This document shows positions 35,964-42,783 of a stretch of DNA of 42,783 nucleotides, one piece after another. Source of the DNA: an uncultured Coriobacteriaceae bacterium (GTDB lineage: Bacteria; Actinomycetota; Coriobacteriia; Anaerosomatales; SLCP01); the NCBI GenBank assembly GCA_964350345.1, contig CAYGKH010000001.1:1-42783 (forward strand). Reading direction: 5' to 3'. A program made the position numbers and the translations under genes. Positions within the stretch are counted from its first letter, which is position 1. Each line of letters opens with the position of its first letter. The notes beneath the pieces are model-generated. The model made no database searches and had not been told where the DNA came from. It was given only the letters and a program-made list of their open reading frames with translations.

Positions 35964-36649
35964 CACTCGTCGTCGCCTTGATACCCGCGCACAACGAAGC
36001 CGAACGAATCGGGGCCACCGTCGGTGCCGCACGCTCGATCGAGCAGGTGGACGAGGTCGTGGTCGTCGACGATGCGTCCTCGGACGACACCGCAGTGCGT
36101 GCACAGCAGGCCGGGGCCCGGGTCGTGCGCCTGTCTGCCAACGCGGGCAAAGGTGGAGCGCTCGACGCCGGACTCGCAGCCCTCGGCGGTGAGCTTCCTG
36201 ATGTCGTCGTGCTGCTCGACGGCGACCTCGGCGACAGCGCAGCCCAAGGCGGCCTGCTGCTCGGCCCCGTGCTCGCCGACCAGGTCGACATGACGATCGC
36301 CCGCTTCCCGCGCCCTGCGGGTAAGGCAGGCTTCGGTCTCGTGATGGGACTGGCTCGCTGGGGCATCCGGCGGCTCGGCGGTCCGTTCGACGCTCAGGCT
36401 CCGCTCTCTGGCCAGCGTGCCCTCAACCGGCGTGCGATCGCGGCGTGTACCCCGTTCGCAGGCGGTTACGGGGTCGAGGTCGCCCTAACCATACGCGCGT
36501 TACAGTCCGACTTGCGCCTCACCGAGGTGGAGACCACCATGAAACACGCGGCGACCGGACGAGATCTCGCCGGATTCCTGCACCGTGGTCGTCAGTTCGC
36601 GCACGTGTCCCGCACCCTGCTCGCTCTAACCTTCGACCGCAGGCGCTGA
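35960..36649 (+). CDS. GT-A fold glycosyltransferase (GT2/GT81, GpgS-like)
   Basis: Motifs ALIPAHNEAERI, VVVVDDASSDDT, LLDGDL, APLSGQRA and GGYGVEV. ATGA overlap with the murJ stop. The ORF-track 5' part (35180-35959) is an out-of-frame read through murJ. Confidence 0.8.
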   Translation: MTLVVALIPAHNEAERIGATVGAARSIEQVDEVVVVDDASSDDTAVRAQQAGARVVRLSANAGKGGALDAGLAALGGELPDVVVLLDGDLGDSAAQGGLLLGPVLADQVDMTIARFPRPAGKAGFGLVMGLARWGIRRLGGPFDAQAPLSGQRALNRRAIAACTPFAGGYGVEVALTIRALQSDLRLTEVETTMKHAATGRDLAGFLHRGRQFAHVSRTLLALTFDRRR

Positions 36650-36668
36650 CGGACTCATCTAGAGTCCG
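36650..36668. terminator. Short hairpin between convergent GT-A and steB genes
   Basis: cggactc-atcta-gagtccg, a 7-bp stem that fills most of the 23-nt gap. Confidence 0.35.
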
Positions 36669-36672
36669 GCCG

Positions 36673-37524
36673 TCACTGAAGCGAAGGCCAAGGCGCCACG
36701 GCGCCGTCCCCGTACCCGAAGTGGCCCGATGCACGTCCAGTGAGAACGTAGACGAGTGAGTACGTTCCCTCGGGCGTGCCTATGTGATCGACCCCCGACA
36801 ACCCCTCCTCGACGGCTGCGGCTGCGACCCCTGTCGACTGTGAGGTGGCCTCGACGCCGATAGCCGGAATCCCTGCATCCGCAAGGACCGCCGCGAAGGA
36901 GAGTGCGCCGGATTCCGGTCCGTCACCGAGCGCTGCGAGTGTCACGATACCGTCGACCGGACGTGCCGGGTCGGCATCGCCATCCATCCGCAAGACCCCT
37001 GCGTCCTCGAGGCGTACGGTCAGCGAACGCTCCGCCACCGGAGAGGCCCACTCCGCGCCGAGGGCCGCGACGACCGATTCAAAGAGCGCGCCGACATCGA
37101 TAGGCGGATCCACAGTGTCGGTGACCACGGCGGAAATAGCGGGGTCGTCCAGGCCGAACCGCTCGGCCGAGAGGATCATGGTGATAGGTACGCCACCTGC
37201 CGACCGGATCGCCTCGGTCAGCGTGCTCAGGCCGTCGACCCTGCCCGTGCCTGCGATGACGAGGATGTGCTGGTCGGCGAGTTGACCGTCGATGACGATG
37301 GGTAGCAGGTCCTCCACCAGGTCCTCACGTGAGGCAGCGCGCTCGCGCAACTCGCTGTTGGCGGCATCAAGTGTGCGGAACTCCTCCCGGAGGCTGTTCA
37401 CGATCGTTTCCTTCTGCCGATCGAGCGTCCCCCGCTCAACGACGATCGTGCCGAGCAACAGCCCGATCGACAGCGACAGAAACACCGCCACGAGCGATGC
37501 TATGTGATACCTCAGGTTATACAT
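36673..37524 (-). CDS. steB: SteB / MctB-like (Rv1698 family, DUF3186) membrane-anchored protein
   Basis: The N-terminus MYNLRYHIASLVAVFLSLSIGLLLGT is typical of the family. It sits immediately downstream of steA. GGGAG lies 5 nt before the ATG. Confidence 0.75.
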   Translation of the reverse strand: MYNLRYHIASLVAVFLSLSIGLLLGTIVVERGTLDRQKETIVNSLREEFRTLDAANSELRERAASREDLVEDLLPIVIDGQLADQHILVIAGTGRVDGLSTLTEAIRSAGGVPITMILSAERFGLDDPAISAVVTDTVDPPIDVGALFESVVAALGAEWASPVAERSLTVRLEDAGVLRMDGDADPARPVDGIVTLAALGDGPESGALSFAAVLADAGIPAIGVEATSQSTGVAAAAVEEGLSGVDHIGTPEGTYSLVYVLTGRASGHFGYGDGAVAPWPSLQ

Positions 37525-37566
37525 TCATACTCCCTATCGGGTAGACACCGCGCTGCCAGGTACCCG

Positions 37567-38688
37567 TCATACACCGATCCAGGCACGCAGCCGGAGCAGC
37601 ACGAGTCCGATCATCGAGCGGACCATCGGCGAGATCGTGATGATCACCGACACCACGACGAGTGCTGCGCCGGCCAGCAACATAAGGTCCGAGGGACCCA
37701 CCGACGTACGATACAGCTTGTTGACACCCTTCGCATCGACAAGCTTCGGCCCCACCTTCAGGCGCACGAGGAAGGTCGACGCCATACCCTTGCGCCCCTT
37801 GTCGAGGTACTCGACGAGATTCGCATGCGTGCCGACCGCCACGATAAGATCGGCGCCCGCCTCATACGCGAGCAGAAGTGCAAGGTCTTCGCTGGTAGCG
37901 GAGATGGCCCACGGGATGCCGGTCACGCCGAGCGCGTCGAGACGCTCCATCGCGGGACACCTGCCGTCGGCGTACGCGTGTGCGATCAGTACCGCGCCCG
38001 CTTTGAGGGCCTCGTCGCTCACGGAGTCCATGTCTCCCACGATGATGTCGGGAATGAATCCGGCTTCGCGGATTGCGTCAGCCCCACCGTCGACCCCGAT
38101 AAGCACAGGGCGCATCTCCCGGATGTAGGGCTTGAGGGCAGCGAGGTCTTCCTTGTAGTCGTAGCCGCGAACCACCACCAGCACGTGCCTGCCCGCGATC
38201 GGTACCGGGATCTCGGGGATACCGATCCCGCGTGCCAGCAGGTCCCGTTCCTTATCGAGGAACTCGAGTGTGTTGCGTGCGAAGCGGTCCAGTTGGTCCC
38301 CGAGTCCTTCCGCCGCGGCCTCCATCGCCGCCTCGATGGAGACGACGGACAGCCTGCTGCCCCGGGCCACGATCTCGCCTTCGAGCAGCAACTCCTCCCC
38401 CGCCACTTCGACGACAGCGCCCTCGGGCACCCGCTCGAACACCTCGGGGCCCACCCCGTCGAGAATCTGCACGCCACCGCGCGCAAGCAGCAGCGGTCCA
38501 ACGTTGGGGTAGGTGCCCGAGATCGACCGCGACGCGTTCACGACCACTTCCACGCCCGTCTCGAGCAACCCCTCGGCGCTCACACGGTCCATATCCACGT
38601 GGTCGATGATGGCGATGTCGGCTCTGCCCAACCGCTTGACGAGGTCCTTCGTGCGCCGGTCGAGCCGCGCCACTCCCTCGAATCTCAT
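37567..38688 (-). CDS. steA: Putative cytokinetic ring protein SteA (Rv1697 family)
   Basis: ARLDRRTKDLVKRL...IAIIDHVDMDRVSAEGL...VVNASRSISGTYPNVGP resembles the mycobacterial and corynebacterial SteA N-terminus. It has a C-terminal TM. ATGA overlap with recN. Confidence 0.8.
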   Translation of the reverse strand: MRFEGVARLDRRTKDLVKRLGRADIAIIDHVDMDRVSAEGLLETGVEVVVNASRSISGTYPNVGPLLLARGGVQILDGVGPEVFERVPEGAVVEVAGEELLLEGEIVARGSRLSVVSIEAAMEAAAEGLGDQLDRFARNTLEFLDKERDLLARGIGIPEIPVPIAGRHVLVVVRGYDYKEDLAALKPYIREMRPVLIGVDGGADAIREAGFIPDIIVGDMDSVSDEALKAGAVLIAHAYADGRCPAMERLDALGVTGIPWAISATSEDLALLLAYEAGADLIVAVGTHANLVEYLDKGRKGMASTFLVRLKVGPKLVDAKGVNKLYRTSVGPSDLMLLAGAALVVVSVIITISPMVRSMIGLVLLRLRAWIGV

Positions 38689-40331
38689 CGGCTCTTCCTC
38701 TCGCGCAACGCAGCAACCTGATCGAGCAGCTCCTCGGCATGCGCGAGACTCGTCTCGCTCTCGCTCCCTGCAAGCATCCGGGCGATCTCGGCGACTCTCG
38801 CATCCCCGGTCACCGGCTCCACCACCGTGACGGTGCGCTCGCCTTCCGTGCGCTTGCGTACCACGAGATGATGATCGGCGAACACCGCGACCTGAGGCAG
38901 ATGAGTTATTACGAGCACCTGATGGTCAGGAGCGAGGCTCGCAAGACGGGCACCGACGCTCAGTCCTGTCGCGCCGCCGATTCCTGCATCGACCTCGTCG
39001 AAGACGAGTACGGGCACCTCGTCCGCCTGGCCAAGCACTCCCTTGATCGCCAGCATCACGCGAGATATCTCACCTCCCGAGGCGATCCTCGCTAGCGCGC
39101 GTGCCGGCTCGCCGAGAGCGGGCGCGAAACGGAACTCGATGCGCTCCGACCCGTCGGGTCCCCACGAATCGAACGGCAACTGCTCGAACGCGACCTCGAA
39201 GCGGACACCAGCGAGGTGCAACCCCTCGACCGCCTCGGTCAGCGCCGTCACGAAGCCATCCGCCGCCGCCCGGCGGACTTTGGCGAGGTGGGCTGCTGCC
39301 TCCTCCAGAGCGGCGCGGGCATGCCCGACGCGCTCCTGCGCCGACTGCACTGCCGTATCCCCGGTCTCGACCGACTCCAGTGCGACCCTGGCGTCATCGC
39401 GCGTACTCAGAACCGCATCGAGTGACGGGCCGTACTTCTTCTTGAGGCCCGCGAGCTCGGCGAGTCGCGACTGCCGTTCCTCCAGGACCGCCGGATCGTG
39501 CTCGACGCCCTCGGCGTAGTGGCGGGCTTCGGAGGCGATGTCCTGTCCCTCGGCCACAAGAGCACGCAGCCGCGTGGCCAGTGCATCGAGCCTGGGGTCG
39601 AGGTCTGCGACGCGCTGCAGCGCCTCGAGAGCGCCTGCCGCGGCGTCGACGGCCGCCCCCTCTCCCGCAAGCCCCGACCTCACGACGTGAGCTGCCTCGG
39701 CAAGTTGCTCGGCATTGATGAGAGCGGGCAATCCGCGCTCGATCTCCTCGTCCTCACCTGGCTGCGGATCGACGCGCTCGATCTCGCCGAGGACAAAACG
39801 CACGTAGTCCGCCCTCTGTTCGGCGTCCCCGAGTAAACTCTCGAGCCTCGCAAGTTCGGCTTTCGCACCGCCCCACGACTCTCGGGCCGCGCGGTAGGCC
39901 GCTATCGCTGCCTCTGTCGTATCGCCGCCGAACCTGTCGAGATAGCCGACGTGGCGAGCGGGCGTGAGCAGTGCCTGATGCTCGTGCTGTCCGTGAAGGT
40001 CGACAAGAGGGCCGAGCCTGGCGGCAAGGGTCCCCACCGTCGCGATCGAGCCGTCAAGCGCGCACTTCGAGCGGCCGTCCGCCGAAAGGCGGCGCTTCGC
40101 GACGACATCGGACCCGTCGACGGAAAACCGCCCTTCGACAACCGCTTCGGACGAGCCCGAGCGCACCATCGAAGAGTCGGCACGCTCACCGACAAGCAGT
40201 TTCAATGCCCCGACCAGTGCCGTCTTGCCCGCTCCGGTCTCACCCGTGAGCACAGTGACTCCCGGACCGAACTCGATCCACGCCTCCTCGATCAGCGCGA
40301 AGTGCTGTACATGCAGTTCCTCGAGCACCAC
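38685..40331 (-). CDS. recN: DNA repair protein RecN
   Basis: Walker A LTGETGAGKTALVGAL, a long coiled coil, signature SGGEISRVMLAIK, and Walker B VLVFDEVDAGIGG. The GTG start overlaps the nadK stop. Confidence 0.95.
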   Translation of the reverse strand: MVLEELHVQHFALIEEAWIEFGPGVTVLTGETGAGKTALVGALKLLVGERADSSMVRSGSSEAVVEGRFSVDGSDVVAKRRLSADGRSKCALDGSIATVGTLAARLGPLVDLHGQHEHQALLTPARHVGYLDRFGGDTTEAAIAAYRAARESWGGAKAELARLESLLGDAEQRADYVRFVLGEIERVDPQPGEDEEIERGLPALINAEQLAEAAHVVRSGLAGEGAAVDAAAGALEALQRVADLDPRLDALATRLRALVAEGQDIASEARHYAEGVEHDPAVLEERQSRLAELAGLKKKYGPSLDAVLSTRDDARVALESVETGDTAVQSAQERVGHARAALEEAAAHLAKVRRAAADGFVTALTEAVEGLHLAGVRFEVAFEQLPFDSWGPDGSERIEFRFAPALGEPARALARIASGGEISRVMLAIKGVLGQADEVPVLVFDEVDAGIGGATGLSVGARLASLAPDHQVLVITHLPQVAVFADHHLVVRKRTEGERTVTVVEPVTGDARVAEIARMLAGSESETSLAHAEELLDQVAALRERKSR

Positions 40332-41179
40332 TACCCCCGCAAGAACTCAGAGCCGACAGCCTCATAGAACTCGCGGCCGTCGAGCTTCACGAGCAAGACA
40401 TCGTGCTCACCACGGACGATCGACACAGAGTCGATGTCGCGGCGACAGGGCATCACGGAGCCATCCACAGAGACGCAGGCATCACGTCTCGCAGCATCGG
40501 GAAGATGGATGTCGACGGTATCGGCCGGGCCGATGATCAGGGGGCGGGCCGCCAGCGTGTGGGGAGCGACCGGCGTGATCACGGCACATGAGACATCGGG
40601 TGACACGATGGGCCCGCCCGCCGAGAGCGAGTAGGCGGTCGAACCGGTCGCAGTAGCGGTGACGAGGCCGTCGCAGGCATACCGCGACACGAGGGCGCCG
40701 TTGATGAAGAGTTCCGCCTCGATGACGCGCATCGCCGCGCTCCGCCCGACGTAGACCTCGTTGAGTGCACGATAGGTGCCGACCGCGCGGGCCGCCATGG
40801 TGACGGTCGCGGTCAGGGTCGACCGCCGCTCGATCCGTCCCTCTCCCGCCAGCGCCGCCTCCACCGACTCTCGCATCTTTTCGGCGTAGGCTCCGGTCAG
40901 AAACCCCAGCTTGCCAAAGTTGACCCCGAGTATCGGCACCTCGACGGGAGGGAGTTGGTGGACGGCCTTCAGAATCGTCCCGTCGCCCCCGAGCGCGATG
41001 ACGAGCACGGGCGTACCGATCTCTGTCGGGAATACGGCACACTCGGCGAGATCGCATGCCTCGGCATCGTCGGCTGCCAGCACCGGCTCGAAACCGGCGG
41101 TCGAGAGCCACGCGACGAGATCACCTGCGGCCCGTACCGCAGCCGGGTTGGCGGTGTTGGGAACCAGCAGCACGCGCAC
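40331..41179 (-). CDS. nadK: NAD kinase
   Basis: Motifs ALGGDGTILKA, ALNEVYV and TATGSTAYSLSAGGPIV. Confidence 0.95.
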   Translation of the reverse strand: MRVLLVPNTANPAAVRAAGDLVAWLSTAGFEPVLAADDAEACDLAECAVFPTEIGTPVLVIALGGDGTILKAVHQLPPVEVPILGVNFGKLGFLTGAYAEKMRESVEAALAGEGRIERRSTLTATVTMAARAVGTYRALNEVYVGRSAAMRVIEAELFINGALVSRYACDGLVTATATGSTAYSLSAGGPIVSPDVSCAVITPVAPHTLAARPLIIGPADTVDIHLPDAARRDACVSVDGSVMPCRRDIDSVSIVRGEHDVLLVKLDGREFYEAVGSEFLRG

Positions 41180-41183
41180 GATC

Positions 41184-41978
41184 TCACTCCCCTAGTTCGT
41201 TGTGTGCCGCAGCTACCACCGCGGCCGGATCGGTCTCCACGGACAGATCCGTGCGATCCGCCCATACCCAAAACTCGATGTTACCTTCGGGACCCTTCAG
41301 TGGCGACCATGAAAGTCCACGAACCGCCAACCCGTGTCCGATGACAGTGTCCCTCGTTCGCTCGAGGACCTCGACGTGGATATCCGCACCACGTACCACA
41401 CCCCTTTTTCCCACACGGCCCTTACCAGCCTCAAACTGAGGTTTAACCAATGCCATGAGCTGCCCCGAAGCGCCCAGGAGCGGTACGACATGAGGCAAGA
41501 CGACCCCGAGTCCGATGAAGGAGACGTCGACCACCGCAAGGTCGAACGGTGCACCGATCTCACCGGGATCGGCGACCCGGATGTTGGTGCGCTCGAACAC
41601 TCGAACCCTGCTGTCCTGGCGCAGGCTCCACGCAAGCTGCCCGTAGCCTACATCGACCGCAGAGACAGATGCCGCTCCGTGCTGTAACAGGCAGTCAGTG
41701 AACCCGCCGGTCGACGCTCCGACATCGACCGCCCTCATCCCCGCGACGTCGAGTCCAAAGGTATCCAGCGCGCCGGCGAGTTTCGAACCGCCGCGGGACA
41801 CGAAACGCGGACGTTGCGCCACCTCGAAAACGGTACCCCGCTCGACGGACTCCCCTGCCTTGCGCACCGGGCAGTCGCCGATTCGGACCTCGCCGGCCAT
41901 TATCGCCGCGCGTGCCTGTTCTCGCGAAGGAAAAATTCCCTGATCAGCGAGTTCGATGTCGGCTCGTCGTCTGGTCAT
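41184..41978 (-). CDS. tlyA: TlyA-family rRNA 2'-O-methyltransferase (S4 domain plus FtsJ-like MTase)
   Basis: An S4-like N-terminus (RRADIELADQGIFPSREQARAAIMAGEVRI) and SAM motif DVGASTGGFTDCLLQHGA. The start is trimmed to ATG 41978 and overlaps the dxs 3' end by 35 nt. Confidence 0.88.
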   Translation of the reverse strand: MTRRRADIELADQGIFPSREQARAAIMAGEVRIGDCPVRKAGESVERGTVFEVAQRPRFVSRGGSKLAGALDTFGLDVAGMRAVDVGASTGGFTDCLLQHGAASVSAVDVGYGQLAWSLRQDSRVRVFERTNIRVADPGEIGAPFDLAVVDVSFIGLGVVLPHVVPLLGASGQLMALVKPQFEAGKGRVGKRGVVRGADIHVEVLERTRDTVIGHGLAVRGLSWSPLKGPEGNIEFWVWADRTDLSVETDPAAVVAAAHNELGE

Positions 41979-42783
41979 CGGTGGCGTCCTTTGGATGCGG
42001 TCGGGCCGAGGACAGATCGGTGAATCTGCCGAGAACCGCACCATGGACGCCCTCGGCGGTCAACCCGACCTCGGCGAGCAGCAGATGCATCGCGCCATGG
42101 GTGACGAAGCAGTCCGGTATCGATAGCCGCAGCACTGGCACGACGAGGCCAAGGTCGGAGAGTGCTTCGAGGACGCCCGCGCCGACACCGCCTACACCGG
42201 TGTTCTCCTCGATCGTGACGACAAGATCGTGCGCCGAACCCGCCCACGAGATCATCTCGAGGTCCAGCGGCTTGATCCAGCGCATGTTCACCACGCTGGC
42301 CGAGACCCCGTCTGCGGCGAGCAGGTCTGCAGCCGCCTCGGCCACACCGACCATGCGACCGGCAGCGAGCAAGGCGACATCGCCCCCCTCCCGGCGAATC
42401 TGAGCACGGCCGGCCTCGAGCACGGCAGGCTCGGTCGGCAACTCCACGCCTACGCCGCGCCCCCGCGGATAGCGGATAGCGACCGGCCCGTCGGCTGCGA
42501 GCGCCGTGTGCAACATCTCAGTAAGCTCGGCCTCGTCGGCGGGAGCAAGCACCATCAGGTTCGGGACGCTGCGCAGGTATGTCAGGTCGAACACCCCGTG
42601 ATGGGTCGGGCCGTCCTCGCCCACAAGGCCGGCACGATCGAGGCAGAAGACCACGTGCAGGTTCTGCAGTGCAACATCCATGATGATCTGGTCATATGCG
42701 CGCTGCATGAACGTCGAGTAGATGGCGACCACGGGCACGCGTCCTCCCGCAGCAAGTCCTGCGGCAAGTCCTACGGCATGCTG
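41944..42783 (-). CDS. dxs: 1-deoxy-D-xylulose-5-phosphate synthase, C-terminal part (5' end outside window)
   Basis: QHAVGLAAGLAAGG, YSTFMQRAYDQIIMDVALQNL and DRAGLVGEDGPTHHGVFD. The reading frame is open to the window edge. Confidence 0.95.
   Translation of the reverse strand, partial: QHAVGLAAGLAAGGRVPVVAIYSTFMQRAYDQIIMDVALQNLHVVFCLDRAGLVGEDGPTHHGVFDLTYLRSVPNLMVLAPADEAELTEMLHTALAADGPVAIRYPRGRGVGVELPTEPAVLEAGRAQIRREGGDVALLAAGRMVGVAEAAADLLAADGVSASVVNMRWIKPLDLEMISWAGSAHDLVVTIEENTGVGGVGAGVLEALSDLGLVVPVLRLSIPDCFVTHGAMHLLLAEVGLTAEGVHGAVLGRFTDLSSARPHPKDATDDQTTSRHRTR

Noticed and set aside
1-42783. Scan for CRISPR arrays, tRNA or rRNA genes, IS-element inverted repeats, and toxin-antitoxin or defence-system genes.
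   Set aside because: I saw no regularly spaced direct repeats, no cloverleaf-like or rRNA-like segments in the short intergenic regions, and no transposase-, nuclease- or defence-type ORFs. All intergenic gaps are 364 nt or shorter.

Overview
This is a high-GC, Actinomycetota-like chromosomal segment that is almost entirely core housekeeping and mostly transcribed on the minus strand. I saw no rRNA, tRNA, CRISPR array, IS or transposon, or phage genes.

**Layout**
- (1) 95-17631: a complete division/cell-wall (dcw) cluster, mraZ-rsmH-ftsL-ftsI-murE-murF-mraY-murD-ftsW-murG-murC-murB-ftsQ-ftsZ, followed by pgeF. A small plus-strand PLDc_N-type membrane protein gene sits between ftsZ and pgeF.
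- (2) 17996-19697: a locus of small membrane proteins around a DUF4349-type lipoprotein.
- (3) 19702-24508: a BMP-family (nucleoside-type) ABC importer operon.
- (4) 24636-42783: xerD, ald, a DUF3866-like gene, an M20 peptidase, pyrG, then steB/steA, recN, nadK, tlyA and a partial dxs. As I recall, this matches the mycobacterial tlyA-ppnK-recN-Rv1697-Rv1698-pyrG-(NUDIX)-xerD backbone.

**Candidates for something undescribed**
- (a) The strongest is a four-gene envelope module at 30842-36649, inserted between steB and pyrG. It holds a divergent MraY/WecA-like transferase. That gene is translationally coupled to a 774-aa protein with an exported alkaline-phosphatase-like domain followed by about 10-11 TM helices. 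Divergently transcribed from these are murJ and a coupled GpgS-like GT-A glycosyltransferase.
- (b) The pyrG-M20-DUF3866-like operon.
- (c) The DUF4349 locus. It includes a 44-aa membrane ORF absent from the ORF track and a pair of convergent, mutually antisense 2-TM ORFs.

All family assignments come from motif recognition by eye. No searches or computations were run.
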